The notes beneath the pieces were generated by a model. The model was not told the origin of the DNA and made no database searches. It was given only the letters and a program-made list of their open reading frames with translations. Shown in pieces: positions 9,074 to 19,349 of a stretch of DNA of 64,000 bases (positions are counted from its first letter, which is position 1; each line of letters starts with the position of its first letter). Origin of the DNA: an uncultured Acidimicrobiales bacterium (GTDB lineage Bacteria > Actinomycetota > Acidimicrobiia > Acidimicrobiales > CAWCAL01); contig CAVONU010000003.1 of the NCBI GenBank assembly GCA_963697385.1, forward strand, positions 400,133 through 464,132, read 5' to 3'. The translations under genes and the position numbers were made by a program.

Positions 9074-10465
9074 TCAGCGGTCGGTCAGGTCCGCGTACAG
9101 GTCGAGGTGTCGAGCGGCAGGAGCGGTCCACGACCAGTCGTCGGTCATCCCCCGGCGGCGGATCGCGTCCCGCCGTCGTGCGTTCCGGGCCGCCCGCACG
9201 CCGCGATGGAGGGCGTCGACCACGCCGCCGTCGTCCACCGAGGTGCTGACGAACCCGCTGCCGGTCGACCGATCACGGTCGGCGTCGATCACCGTGTCGT
9301 GCAGGCCACCGACGTCGGTGACCACGGGGATCGATCCGTAGGCCATCGACTGCATCTGGGCCAGCCCGCAGGGCTCGAACCGACTGGGCATGAGGAACAG
9401 GTCGCTGCCGGCGAAGAGGCGGTGTGCCAGCGCCTCGTCGTACCCGTCGACGAAGTACACGTGCTCGGGGGCGCGATCGGCCCAGTAGGTCAGGCCGGCG
9501 GCAAGGTCCGCTGACCCCGAACCGAGCACCGCGAGACGAGCCGGCATCGTGTCGAGGAACCGGGCCGCGCTGAGCGCGAGATCGATACCCTTCTGGTCGA
9601 CCAGGCGCGTGACCATGGCGACGATGGGCGTGGTGTCGGTGGGCCAGCCCGCTTCGGCGACCAGCGAGGCCCGGCATTCGTTTCGGCCGGTCAGGTCGTC
9701 CGGCGCGTACCGTGCGGCGATCCGGTCGTCGGTGGCCGGATTCCAGATGTCGGTGTCGATGCCGTTTCTGATCCCGACCAGCCGATCGCCGAGCGCAGCC
9801 AGTCGTTCGTGCAGCCCCATGCCCTGCTCCTCGGTGAGGATCTCCCGCGCGTAGTTGGGGCTCACCGTGATGACCCGATCGACCAGCTGGATCGCCCCGG
9901 CCATCGGATTGGTCGCTCCCCACGAGGCGAACCGGAAGGCCTCGGGGCCCAGTCGCTCGAGCCAGTGCTCGGCGGTGATGCCTTGATGACCGAGGGTGTG
10001 GATGGTGAGCACCAGCGGTACCTGGCCCGAGAGGAAGGCGGCTGCCGCGGCGGTGTGCCAGTCGTTGAGATGGACGACGTCGGGAGGGTCCTCGACCGCC
10101 AGGGCGGCGATCGCCGCCGAGAACGAGAGGAAGCGCTGGTCGTTGTCGGGCCAGCCCTCTCCCTGCTCGTCGACGTAGGGGTGAGGACGGTCCATGCCGG
10201 GAACGTGGACCAGATCGACCGGACCGATCCGGGCGTGGTGGCCGCGACGGACTCGGGCCCGGCCGACCCAGTCGGGCACGGCCAGGTCGTGGACCGACTC
10301 GTCGTCCAGTGACACACCGCCGTAGTCGGGAAGGACGAGATGGACGTCGACACCGGCGGCCCGAAGGGCCCGGACGAGTCCGCCGGCCGCCTCGGCGAGT
10401 CCGCCGACCCGGGCGACCGGCGTCAGTTCGGCCGAAGCGAAGAGCAGGCGCAGGGGGGACGTCAT
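9074..10465 (-). CDS. glgA: glycogen synthase (GT5, ADP-glucose type)
   Basis: 'LRLLFASAELTPVARVGGLAEAAGGLVRALRAAGVDVHLVLPDYG' and the C-terminal 'FLMPSRFEPCGLAQMQSMAYGSIPVV'. ATG 10465 forms an ATGA overlap with the glgX stop. Confidence 0.9.
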   Translation of the reverse strand: MTSPLRLLFASAELTPVARVGGLAEAAGGLVRALRAAGVDVHLVLPDYGGVSLDDESVHDLAVPDWVGRARVRRGHHARIGPVDLVHVPGMDRPHPYVDEQGEGWPDNDQRFLSFSAAIAALAVEDPPDVVHLNDWHTAAAAAFLSGQVPLVLTIHTLGHQGITAEHWLERLGPEAFRFASWGATNPMAGAIQLVDRVITVSPNYAREILTEEQGMGLHERLAALGDRLVGIRNGIDTDIWNPATDDRIAARYAPDDLTGRNECRASLVAEAGWPTDTTPIVAMVTRLVDQKGIDLALSAARFLDTMPARLAVLGSGSADLAAGLTYWADRAPEHVYFVDGYDEALAHRLFAGSDLFLMPSRFEPCGLAQMQSMAYGSIPVVTDVGGLHDTVIDADRDRSTGSGFVSTSVDDGGVVDALHRGVRAARNARRRDAIRRRGMTDDWSWTAPAARHLDLYADLTDR

Positions 10466-12564
10466 CGCTGGGGTTCCATCTGGAGCAGCATCAGGGCCCA
10501 CCCATCGACCTCCCAGGTCTCGTTGGCGGCAACGATGGCATCGCGATCGTGGTCGGTGGCCGTGTCGAGGTGCACTCGCCACGTCCGGCCTCCGAGGCCG
10601 TCGGGGATCCGGAACGTGACCGGCTCGGGGTTGGCGTTCAGCAGCATCAGAAAGCTCGCGTCGACGATTCGCTCACCCTGCGGGCCCAACGCGGTGATGG
10701 CGTCGCCGTTCAGGAAGATGGCGAGCGAGCGAGCGTATCCCGTCGACCAGTCGTCATCGGTCATCTCGTCGCCGTCTGGGGTGAACCAGCCGATGTCCTG
10801 GATGCTGGTGCCCCGGAGCGGGCGCCCCTGGAACCAGCGCCGCCGGCGGAACGTCGGGTGATTCGACCGGATGCGGATCAGGCGCCGGACGTACTCGAGC
10901 AGCTTCTGGTCGAGGACGTCCCAGTCGTACCAGGAGACCTCGTTGTCCTGGGCGTACCCGTTGTTGTTGCCGCCTTGGGTGCGACCGATCTCGTCGCCTC
11001 CGGACAGCATGGGCACGCCCTGGGACAGGAACAGGGTGGCCAGGATCGACCGGCGGCGGACGTTGCGAGCATCGAGGACGCTGGGATCGTCGGTCGGGCC
11101 CTCGACGCCCGAGTTCCACGACCGGTTGTGGCTCTCCCCGTCCCGGTTCTCCTCACCGTTGGCCTCGTTGTGCTTGTGGTCGTAGGACACCAGGTCGGCC
11201 AGCGTGAATCCGTCGTGGGCGGTCACGAAGTTGATGCTGGCCGAGGGCCTCCGGCCCGACCACTCGTACAGGTCGGAGCTGCCGGTGAGCCGCGAGGCCA
11301 GATCTCCGAGCGTCTCCTGGGCCCCGCGCCAGTAGTCGCGCACGCCGTCTCGGTAGCGACCGTTCCATTCCGACCACAGCGGAGGGAAGTTCCCGACCTG
11401 GTAGCCACCCTCGCCGACGTCCCAGGGTTCCGCGATGAGCTTGACGCGGTTGACCACCGGATCCTGGTGGATGGTGTCGAAGAACGAGCTGAGCCGGTCG
11501 ACCTCGTGGAGTCCACGAGCCAACGTCGATGCGAGATCGAAACGGAAGCCGTCGACGTGCATCTCCTGGATCCAGTACCGGAGGCTGTCCATCATCAGCT
11601 GGAGCGACTGGGCGTGCCGCATGTTGAGGCTGTTGCCGGTCCCCGTGTAGTCGATGTAGTGCCGTCGATCGTTGGGATCCAGGCGGTAGTAGGCCGGATT
11701 GTCGAAGCCCTTCAAGGACAGGAGTGGGCCGAGCTGATTGCCCTCGGCCGTGTGGTTGTAGACCACGTCGAGGATCACCTCGATGCCGGCCTCGTGCAGA
11801 CGCTGGACCATGCGCTTGAACTCGACGACCTGTTGGCCGCCGTCCCCGCCGGCGGCATACGGACCGTGCGGAGCGAAGTAGCCGATCGAGTTGTAGCCCC
11901 AGTAGTTGCGCAACCCCCTCTTGGCCAGGGCGTGTTCGGACACCGACTGGTGGACCGGCAGGAGCTCGACCGCCGTGATCCCCAGCGAGACCAGATACTG
12001 GACGATCGGCTCGCTGGCCAGGCCCGCGTAGGTTCCCCGCAGCTCGGGCGCCACCTCGGGATGCCGGGCACTGATGCCCTTCACGTGGGTCTCGTAGATG
12101 ATCGTGTTGTGCAGCTCGGTGCGGGGCGGGGTGTCGTCCCCCCAGTCGAACGTTCCGTCCACGACGATCGATCGGGGGACGTGGGCGGCGCTGTCGCGCC
12201 GGTCGGGCTTCGCATGATTCGACCGGTGGTAGCCGAAGACCGACGGGTGCCAGTCCAGGTCACCCTCGATGGCCATGGCGTACGGGTCCAGGAGGAGCTT
12301 CGCCGCGTTGCAGACCGCCCCGTCGCGAGGTGCCCACGGGCCGTGGACCCGGAATCCGTACCGTTGGCCCGGGCGAAGATCGGGGAGGTAGCCGTTGTGG
12401 ACCGACGACGTGACCGACGGGAGCGCAACCCGCCGCTCGGTGCCCTCGTCGTCGAACAGACACAGTTCGATGCGCTCGGCCAGCTCGGAGTAGACCGCGA
12501 CGTTGACGCCCGAGCCGTCCCAGGTGGCGCCGAGGGGCGCGGATGAACCGGGCCAGATCCTCAC
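10462..12564 (-). CDS. glgX: glycogen debranching enzyme
   Basis: 'LGATWDGSGVNVAVYS', 'VDGFRFDLAS', 'KLIAEPWDVG', 'INFVTAHDGFTL'. GTG start at 12564 lies 7 nt after the glgP stop. The upstream part of ORF ..12789 overlaps glgP and is low-complexity. Confidence 0.95.
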   Translation of the reverse strand: MRIWPGSSAPLGATWDGSGVNVAVYSELAERIELCLFDDEGTERRVALPSVTSSVHNGYLPDLRPGQRYGFRVHGPWAPRDGAVCNAAKLLLDPYAMAIEGDLDWHPSVFGYHRSNHAKPDRRDSAAHVPRSIVVDGTFDWGDDTPPRTELHNTIIYETHVKGISARHPEVAPELRGTYAGLASEPIVQYLVSLGITAVELLPVHQSVSEHALAKRGLRNYWGYNSIGYFAPHGPYAAGGDGGQQVVEFKRMVQRLHEAGIEVILDVVYNHTAEGNQLGPLLSLKGFDNPAYYRLDPNDRRHYIDYTGTGNSLNMRHAQSLQLMMDSLRYWIQEMHVDGFRFDLASTLARGLHEVDRLSSFFDTIHQDPVVNRVKLIAEPWDVGEGGYQVGNFPPLWSEWNGRYRDGVRDYWRGAQETLGDLASRLTGSSDLYEWSGRRPSASINFVTAHDGFTLADLVSYDHKHNEANGEENRDGESHNRSWNSGVEGPTDDPSVLDARNVRRRSILATLFLSQGVPMLSGGDEIGRTQGGNNNGYAQDNEVSWYDWDVLDQKLLEYVRRLIRIRSNHPTFRRRRWFQGRPLRGTSIQDIGWFTPDGDEMTDDDWSTGYARSLAIFLNGDAITALGPQGERIVDASFLMLLNANPEPVTFRIPDGLGGRTWRVHLDTATDHDRDAIVAANETWEVDGWALMLLQMEPQR

Positions 12565-12571
12565 GCTCGGT

Positions 12572-14557
12572 TCACCGGCCGCCGGACAGCTCGTCGAGCG
12601 TGGGCTGGTACAGCTGGTCGCGGTAGTCCCGCACCATCCGAGCGGCGGTGACCTTCGGGCCCAGCGACTCCCAGCAGTGCCGGACCCGATCCAGCCATGC
12701 CCCGGATCGGGGAGCATCATCGGCGTAGTAGGTGGGCACGATCTGCGAGGAGATGATTTGGAGCGCAGCCTTCGACTCGGCGCGGTCACGCTCCTGCGGG
12801 CGACCGGCCGAGCTCTCGGGGATCGTCCAGCCGTTCTGGTCGTCGGCCATCTCGTCCCACCAGCCGTCGCTGATGGAGCAGTTGAGCCCTCCGTTGAGAG
12901 CGGCCTTCTCTCCGCTGGTCCCGCAGGCCTCGTGGGGACGGATCGGCGTGTTCAGCCAGACGTCGCAGCCGGCGTACATGGCGCGGGCCACGGCCATCTC
13001 GTAGTCGGGAACGAACACGAAGCGCCCGTTGGCCGCCCGGCTCTGGGCGAACGAAACGATCTCGCTGAGCAACGTCTTGCCGGGTTCGTCGGCCGGGTGG
13101 GCCTTGCCGGCGAAGACGAACTGGATCGGACGCTCGTCATCGGCCAGGAGGGCTTCCAGCCGGGCTCGATGGAGGAGGAGCAGGTTGGCCCGCTTGTAGG
13201 TGGCGAACCGCCGGGCGAACCCGATCGTCAGGGCGTCGGGATCGAGGTCGACCCCGATGCGATCGGCCAGGAACGCAGTGAGCACGGTCGAGCCCTCACG
13301 CCGGAGATCGGAGACGACCTCGTCGGACAGGGTGGCCACCTGCTCCCAGGCGTCGGAGTCCCCGTCGGCCCACGACGGACCCACGTGGTCGTCGAGCGCA
13401 TCCTGCAGGTGGCGGGCGGTCCAGGTGCGAGCATGCACCCCGTTGGTGATCGAGCCGATGGCAGCGCCGGACGGCACCTGAGAGAACAGCTTGCGGCCAA
13501 CCGTGCCGTGGAGCTTCGACACGCCGTTGGAGCGCGTCGCCGACTCGAGGCAGAAGATGGCCATGTTGAACGCCTCGTCGCTGGCGGCCGGGTCCGCTCC
13601 GAGGGCGGTGAGATCGGTCACCGGCACGTCCCAGGCGTCGGCCCACGGTTGGAGGTGCGCGGTGGCGAGGTCGTCCGAGAACCGGTCGATGCCCGCCGGG
13701 ACGGGCGTGTGGGTGGTGAAGACGACGTGCGGTCGAACCGCCGCCCGCGCTTCGACCAGCGAGGCGCCCCCGGCGATCTCACGGTCGAGCAGTTCCAGCA
13801 GCAGGAAGCCGGCGTGACCCTCATTGAGGTGATGGACACCCGGCTGCCAGCCCAGCGCAGCCAGCGCTCGTGCGCCACCCACGCCGAGCACCAGCTCCTG
13901 CTCGATCCGGTGCCGCCGGTCGCCCCCGTAGAGACGATCGGTGATGCCCCGATCGATCGGGGCGTTGGCGGCGAGATCGGTGTCGAGCAGGACGAGTGAC
14001 ACCCGCCCGACCGTCAGAACCCACGCCCGGGCCCGGACCTCCCGGGACGCGATCGGCACCGAGACGACGACCCCGCTGTCCACGGCGCCGAGCCCGACGG
14101 GATCGTGATCCTGATATCGCTCGGTCTGGGCCCCATCGGTGACGTCCTGGCGGAAGAAGCCCTGGCGGTAGAAGAGGCCAACGCCGCACAACGGCAGCGC
14201 CAGATCCGAGGCTGCCTTCACGTGGTCGCCGGCGAGAATTCCGAGCCCGCCGGAGTACTGCGGAACCAGCTCGGAGATCCCGAACTCGGGTGAGAAGTAG
14301 GCGATGTCGGGCGGGCCGGGTTCGGGGGTCATCAGCTGATCGAGGGCGTCGAGCTGGTCCCGGATCCGGGTGACCATCGCCGGGTCGGCTGCCACCGTGT
14401 CGAGCCGTTCGGCGGGGAAACCGGCGATCAGCGCCGCCGGGTGGATCGGGAGTCCTTCGCCCAGGTCCTCGAAGATCGTGCGGAGCTCCCAGGACCAGGT
14501 CCAGACGTGACTGCGGGCCAGCCGGCCGAGCGCGACATCGAGCGCGTGGGTGTCCAT
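12572..14557 (-). CDS. glgP: alpha-glucan family phosphorylase
   Basis: 'YSGGLGILAGDHVKAASDLALPLCGVGLFYRQGFFRQ' and 'FARRFATYKRANLLL' (PLP-lysine region) are typical of the bacterial alpha-glucan phosphorylase family. Confidence 0.9.
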   Translation of the reverse strand: MDTHALDVALGRLARSHVWTWSWELRTIFEDLGEGLPIHPAALIAGFPAERLDTVAADPAMVTRIRDQLDALDQLMTPEPGPPDIAYFSPEFGISELVPQYSGGLGILAGDHVKAASDLALPLCGVGLFYRQGFFRQDVTDGAQTERYQDHDPVGLGAVDSGVVVSVPIASREVRARAWVLTVGRVSLVLLDTDLAANAPIDRGITDRLYGGDRRHRIEQELVLGVGGARALAALGWQPGVHHLNEGHAGFLLLELLDREIAGGASLVEARAAVRPHVVFTTHTPVPAGIDRFSDDLATAHLQPWADAWDVPVTDLTALGADPAASDEAFNMAIFCLESATRSNGVSKLHGTVGRKLFSQVPSGAAIGSITNGVHARTWTARHLQDALDDHVGPSWADGDSDAWEQVATLSDEVVSDLRREGSTVLTAFLADRIGVDLDPDALTIGFARRFATYKRANLLLLHRARLEALLADDERPIQFVFAGKAHPADEPGKTLLSEIVSFAQSRAANGRFVFVPDYEMAVARAMYAGCDVWLNTPIRPHEACGTSGEKAALNGGLNCSISDGWWDEMADDQNGWTIPESSAGRPQERDRAESKAALQIISSQIVPTYYADDAPRSGAWLDRVRHCWESLGPKVTAARMVRDYRDQLYQPTLDELSGGR

Positions 14558-14669
14558 GTGGTTCGAGGGCTCCGATCGGAGACGGGGTGCACAACGCTAT
14601 CGGCGGCCGGGGTCCGGGCTGCAGCAATGTGCAGTAGAAACGGGGCATGCCCTCCCCCGTCAGCACCCC

Positions 14670-17390
14670 GTGAGTCCCGACCCCATCGATCCAGAGACCT
14701 GGGCCACCGACGTGGTGGTGGCCGACGGTGGCGTGGTCCGCCTCCGGCCGCTGCGACCCGACGACGGCCCCGGCCTCCTGGAGCTGGCCGGCCGCCTGTC
14801 CGACGAGACCGTCTACAACCGGTTCTTCACGCATCGGCGACCCGAGACCGACGAGGACGTCAAGCCCTACCTCGATCTCGACTACCGGGAACGATTCGCC
14901 CTGGTCGCCGAGCTCGATCAGTCGATCGTGGCCGTGGGGCGGTACATGTGGGATCCCGACCTGGGCAGTGCCGAGGTCGCCTTCGTCGTCGAGGACCGCC
15001 ACCAGCTCCGCGGGATCGGATCGATCCTGCTGGAGTTCCTGGCGGTCATCGCCCGGTCCAACGGGATCGACCGCTTTCATGCGACGACGCTTCCCGCCAA
15101 CGGGAAGATGCTCCGGGTCTTCAGCCGGGCGGGCTACCAGGTCCACCGGTCACTCGACCAGGGCGTCTGGGACATCGAATTCGGCCTGGACGACTCGTCG
15201 ATGGACGCCATCACCGCTCGGGAGCGCGTCGCCGAGGCCGCCTCGGTGGCCCGGGTCCTGGCCCCTCGATCGGTGGCCGTGGTCGGGGCCAGCAGGAATG
15301 CGGGATCGATCGGCAACATCCTGTTCCGGAACATCGTCAGCGGCGGGTTCAGCGGCGTCGTCTTCCCGGTGAACCCGGACGCCGACAGCGTGGCGGGCGT
15401 CAAGGCGTTTCCCTCCATCGCGGCGATCCCCGATCCGGTCGATCTGGCGGTCATCGTCGTCCCCGCGGCCGTCGTGCCCCAGGTGATCGAGGACGCCGGC
15501 GCAGCGGGTGTCGGCGCGGTCGTGGTCATCTCCGCCGGCTTCGCCGAGACCGGCGAGGATGGCGCCGACGCGCAGACGGCGCTGGTGCGCATCGCCCACC
15601 GCTACGGCATGCGCATGGTGGGCCCGAACTGCATCGGCGTGATCAACACCGCCGAAGGTGTTCGGCTCAACGCCACGTTCGCCCCCGACGAACCGACGCG
15701 AGGATCGATCGGCTTCGCCTCGCAGTCGGGCGCCCTGGGTCTCGCCATTCTCGACGTCGCCCGGGAGCTGGGACTGGGGCTGTCGTCGTTCGTCTCCGTC
15801 GGTAACAAGGCCGATGTGTCCGGCAACGATCTCCTGCAGTACTGGGAGGAGGACCCGGCCACCCAGGTGGCGCTGTTGTACCTGGAGTCCTTCGGCAACC
15901 CCCGCAAGTTCAGCCGGGTGGCGCGACGGTTCTCGCGGAGAAAGCCCCTGGTGGTGGTCAAGAGCGGTCGATCCGAGGCCGGTCGACGGGCCGCCTCGTC
16001 GCACACGGCGGCGCTGGCCAGCAGTGACCTCCTGGCCGACACCGTCTTCCGGCAGGCCGGCATCATCCGGGTGACCACGCTGGAGCAGCTCTTCGACGTG
16101 GCGCGGATGCTGGTCCACCAGCCTCTCCCGGCCGGCCGGCGCGTGGCGATCGTGGGGAACAGCGGCGGCCCCGGGATCCTGGCCGCCGACGCGTGCGCCG
16201 GGGCGGGTCTCGAGGTGCCCGAGCTGTCCCCTGCCACCCAGGAGGAGCTCAATCGACTGCTCCCGAGCGGAGCCGGGGTGTCGAACCCGGTCGACGTCAT
16301 CGCCAGCGGGTCCGCCGCCGACTACGAGGCCGCCCTGCGGCTGGTCATGGAGGACGACGGGATCGACGCCGTGCTCGTGATCTACACCGAGGTCATGGTC
16401 AGCGATCCCTTCGAGATCGCCGGCGCCGTGGCGCGCGTCATCGAGTCCGGCGCCACCAAGCCGATCGCGGCGTCGTTCCTCTCGGGCGAGGTCGGCCGTG
16501 AGATCGAGGCCGCGGCCCCCGACGGCACCTGCCGAAATGTGCCGGTCTTCCCCTTTCCCGAGGCACCGGCGATCGCCATCGGTCACATCGCTCGGCTCTC
16601 CGAGTGGCGGCAGCGCCCGGTGGGCACGGTCCCGACGCTGGACCGCGTCGACCTGGAACATGCCCGGTCGCTGGCGTCGCGGGCCGTTGCCCACGACCCT
16701 GACGGGCTCTGGATGCCGGCCGACGAGCTGGCCGGCCTGCTCCAGTCGGTGGGTATCCCGGTCGTCCGAACCCGAACCGCCCGCTCCCCCGAGGAGGCGG
16801 GCGCGATCGCCGCCGAATTCGGAGGACCGGTGGCGCTGAAGGTGGTGTCCGAGACGATCCAGCACAAGACCGACGTCGGTGGCGTGCGGCTCGACCTGGA
16901 TCCGTCCGAGGTCGAGATCGAATACCGCGACATGGCCTCCCGTCTCGGTCCCGACATGACCGGCGCGCTGATCCAGCCGATGATCCCGCCCGGCATCGAG
17001 GTGATCCTGGGTGCGATCAACGACCCCGCCTTCGGTCCTGTCGTCATGTTCGGTCTGGGCGGAACGGCGACCGAGCTGTTCGCCGATCGGGCGTTCACGA
17101 TCGTGCCGGTCACCGACCTGGATGCCGAGGCCCTGGTGCGCCAGCCGCGCAGCTCGGCGCTGCTCCTGGGCCATCGTGGCAGCGAAGCCGTGGACATCGC
17201 GGCGCTCGAGGATCTGGTCCTGCGCATCGGCCGGTTGGCCGACACCGTCCCGGAGCTCGCCGAGCTGGACCTCAACCCGGTGATCGCTCGACCCGACGGC
17301 GCCTACGTGGTTGACGCCCGAGCCCGGCTCGAGCCGACGGGAGTGCCGCTGGTCCAACCGATTCGGCGACTGGACCGGCCCGCCCGCTGA
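14670..17390 (+). CDS. Pat-type protein acetyltransferase: N-terminal GNAT fused to an ADP-forming acyl-CoA synthetase-like region (CoA-binding + ATP-grasp)
   Basis: GNAT block 'AEVAFVVEDRHQLRGIGSILLEF'. CoA-binding 'SVAVVGASRNAGSIGNILFRN'. Succinyl-CoA-ligase-like 'MVGPNCIGVIN...GFASQSGALG'. ATP-grasp 'GGPVALKVVSETIQHKTDVGGVRL'. Start set at in-frame GTG 14670 to avoid overlapping glgP. The exact start is uncertain. Confidence 0.85.
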   Translation: MSPDPIDPETWATDVVVADGGVVRLRPLRPDDGPGLLELAGRLSDETVYNRFFTHRRPETDEDVKPYLDLDYRERFALVAELDQSIVAVGRYMWDPDLGSAEVAFVVEDRHQLRGIGSILLEFLAVIARSNGIDRFHATTLPANGKMLRVFSRAGYQVHRSLDQGVWDIEFGLDDSSMDAITARERVAEAASVARVLAPRSVAVVGASRNAGSIGNILFRNIVSGGFSGVVFPVNPDADSVAGVKAFPSIAAIPDPVDLAVIVVPAAVVPQVIEDAGAAGVGAVVVISAGFAETGEDGADAQTALVRIAHRYGMRMVGPNCIGVINTAEGVRLNATFAPDEPTRGSIGFASQSGALGLAILDVARELGLGLSSFVSVGNKADVSGNDLLQYWEEDPATQVALLYLESFGNPRKFSRVARRFSRRKPLVVVKSGRSEAGRRAASSHTAALASSDLLADTVFRQAGIIRVTTLEQLFDVARMLVHQPLPAGRRVAIVGNSGGPGILAADACAGAGLEVPELSPATQEELNRLLPSGAGVSNPVDVIASGSAADYEAALRLVMEDDGIDAVLVIYTEVMVSDPFEIAGAVARVIESGATKPIAASFLSGEVGREIEAAAPDGTCRNVPVFPFPEAPAIAIGHIARLSEWRQRPVGTVPTLDRVDLEHARSLASRAVAHDPDGLWMPADELAGLLQSVGIPVVRTRTARSPEEAGAIAAEFGGPVALKVVSETIQHKTDVGGVRLDLDPSEVEIEYRDMASRLGPDMTGALIQPMIPPGIEVILGAINDPAFGPVVMFGLGGTATELFADRAFTIVPVTDLDAEALVRQPRSSALLLGHRGSEAVDIAALEDLVLRIGRLADTVPELAELDLNPVIARPDGAYVVDARARLEPTGVPLVQPIRRLDRPAR

Positions 17391-17436
17391 AAATCCGTCC
17401 ATGCGCGTCGGAAACCGACGCGCATGGACGGGATTT
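17391..17436. terminator. bidirectional intrinsic-terminator-like hairpin between convergent genes
   Basis: Directly after the TGA at 17388..17390: 'AAATCCGTCCATGCGCGTCGG-AAA-CCGACGCGCATGGACGGGATTT'. A 17-bp perfect GC-rich stem with a 3-nt loop, plus AAAT/ATTT extensions (one bulged G). The A-run on the left and T-run on the right allow use from either strand. Confidence 0.7.
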
Positions 17437-17453
17437 CGGCGGGGAGATCGCCG

Positions 17454-18344
17454 TCAGCGCAGCGAGATCAACAGCTCCCGAGTGGCAGCGAGCTCGTCGG
17501 GCGTCCCGAACTCGCTGGCAGCGAACGTGGTGGCACCGGCCGCATCGACCCCGGCCAGCCGCTCCCTGACCTCGCCGGCGGATCCGATGATGGCAACGTC
17601 CTCGGGACCCGCAACCCCCTCGCGATCCAACATGGCGCGGTACGACGGAAGGGTGCCGTACATGACGAACTCGGCGGCGGCGCGAGCCCGAGCGTCGTCG
17701 GGCTGTTCCGTCACGCACACCGGCAGCGAAACGGCGACCTGGGGTGGGGGTCGGTCGGCCGCCGACGCCGCGGCGCTGATCGTGGGGACGATGTGGTCGG
17801 CCAGGGTCTTCGGGCCGACCATCCAGGTCACGGTGCCGTCGGTGACCTGTCCGGCCAACTCGAGCATCTTGGGCCCGAGGGCAGCGACCAGGAGCTCGGG
17901 CGAAGGCGCCACCACGTCGACCGCACCAAGCGCCGTGACGACCTGGCCGGTGGCGGCGCTCTCCTCGCCCTCGAGCAGCGGCCCGAGCGCAGCCAGGTAC
18001 TCACGCATGTAGCGCAGCGGTCGCTCGTAGGAGAGGCCCCACAGCGACTCGACCACGATCTGGTGGGACAGACCGATCCCGAGCACCAGCCGACCGGGTC
18101 CGACCTGACTGACGGTGAGCGCCTGCTGCGCCAAGGCCATGGGGTGTTGCCGATAGACGGGAACGACGCCGGTGCCCAGGCGGATCTCCGGCACCTCCCG
18201 GGCGGCGATCGCCAGGGTGGTCAAGGCGTCGAGCCCGAAGATCTGTGGCATCCAGAACGAGGTGAAGCCCTGCGAGGACGCGGTGCGGATCTCGTCGACC
18301 ACCTTCTCGACGGTCGGTGCGTACCTGAAGATTCCGATGTCCAT
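17454..18344 (-). CDS. LLM-class (luciferase-like) F420-dependent oxidoreductase
   Basis: 'MDIGIFRYAPTVEKVVDEIRTASSQGFTSFWMPQIFGLDALTTLAIAAREVPEIRLGTGVVPVYRQHPMALAQQALT...GRLVLGIGLSH' is the characteristic LLM pattern. ATG at 18344. Confidence 0.85.
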   Translation of the reverse strand: MDIGIFRYAPTVEKVVDEIRTASSQGFTSFWMPQIFGLDALTTLAIAAREVPEIRLGTGVVPVYRQHPMALAQQALTVSQVGPGRLVLGIGLSHQIVVESLWGLSYERPLRYMREYLAALGPLLEGEESAATGQVVTALGAVDVVAPSPELLVAALGPKMLELAGQVTDGTVTWMVGPKTLADHIVPTISAAASAADRPPPQVAVSLPVCVTEQPDDARARAAAEFVMYGTLPSYRAMLDREGVAGPEDVAIIGSAGEVRERLAGVDAAGATTFAASEFGTPDELAATRELLISLR

Positions 18345-18428
18345 GGTGAGCTGCCTTCGTCGCCCGGCGCCGAGCGAGGATCGCACGTGCCGGTCGCCAG
18401 GCTAGGGGCCGGCGCCGAACGCATCACC

Positions 18429-19349
18429 ATGCCTTGGGCGGCCGGCGACATCGTCCACCATCATGCAGGGGTGACTCGGTCGGGGCAGCCCATCATGGCG
18501 CTCGTGCGCTGCGGCGGGAGCGTCCTGCGCGAGGCGGCTGGTGCCTTTCAGGAGGACCGCTGCCGTCGGCTCGGCGCCGGCCTCGCCTACTACGCACTCT
18601 TCGCGCTGGTTCCGACCTTGCTGCTGACGGCGATGATCGCCGCCACGCTGGTCGGCCGGGAAGCGGTCGAGGGCGAGTTGGCCGACCAGCTCGACGAGTT
18701 CGTCGGCCCCGAATCGGCGGCCGCCGTCCAGGACGCGATCGCCGGACTCTGGCAGAACACCGATACATCGAGTTTCGCCCTCGTCAGCATCCTGGTGGTG
18801 GTGTATTCATCGTCGATCCTGTTCGTGGCATGGAGAGACACCCTCGAGATCGTGTGGGACGTGCCGTACGAGGCCGATCTCTTCATCTCTCTGCGGTCCC
18901 GGGCGTTCGGTGCGCTCGTGCCGATCACCGCCGGCCTCCTCCTGGCCGCGGTCCTGATCCTCGAGGTCGTCGTCGGGTTCATCCAGGAGCTGGTCGATTC
19001 GGCACTGCTCGACACGACGCTCCAGGCGGCGGGGTCCCTGCTTCCCGGGGCGGCGGCGTTCCTGGCCCTCGGTCTCCTCTACCGCCACTCGGCACGCTCC
19101 CGCCGACCCGACTGGCGAGACGTGTGGCCCGCGACCGTCGTATCGACCCTTCTGCTCGCGATGGCCTCCTGGGGATTCGGGGTGTACCTGAACGTCGTGG
19201 GGAGCACCAGCGTCTCCGGTGCGGCCAGCAGTGTCGTCGTCGCCCTGGTGGTCGTCTACTACGGAGCGCAGATCGTCCTCTACGGAGCCGAGATCATCAA
19301 GATCCTGTCCGAGCGCCGCGATCCGGCGCAGGATGATCCGACTACCTGA
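18429..19349 (+). CDS. YihY/BrkB-family membrane protein
   Basis: 'FQEDRCRRLGAGLAYYALFALVPTLLL' and the C-terminal 'VVYYGAQIVLYGAEI' are family hallmarks. Only the last ~300 aa of the 641-aa ORF are credible. Start is ATG 18429 or 18495. Confidence 0.85.
   Translation: MPWAAGDIVHHHAGVTRSGQPIMALVRCGGSVLREAAGAFQEDRCRRLGAGLAYYALFALVPTLLLTAMIAATLVGREAVEGELADQLDEFVGPESAAAVQDAIAGLWQNTDTSSFALVSILVVVYSSSILFVAWRDTLEIVWDVPYEADLFISLRSRAFGALVPITAGLLLAAVLILEVVVGFIQELVDSALLDTTLQAAGSLLPGAAAFLALGLLYRHSARSRRPDWRDVWPATVVSTLLLAMASWGFGVYLNVVGSTSVSGAASSVVVALVVVYYGAQIVLYGAEIIKILSERRDPAQDDPTT

Noticed and set aside
10309-12546. 745-aa ORF on the + strand
   Set aside because: Antisense to glgX/glgA, low-complexity Arg/Gly/Val/Asp-rich translation, no domain signatures.
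15150-17402. 750-aa ORF on the - strand
   Set aside because: Antisense to the Pat-type GNAT/acyl-CoA-synthetase gene. Shadow ORF.
17424-18428. N-terminal 335 codons of the 641-aa ORF 17424..19349
   Set aside because: Antisense to the LLM oxidoreductase. YihY/BrkB homology starts only around 18429-18495.
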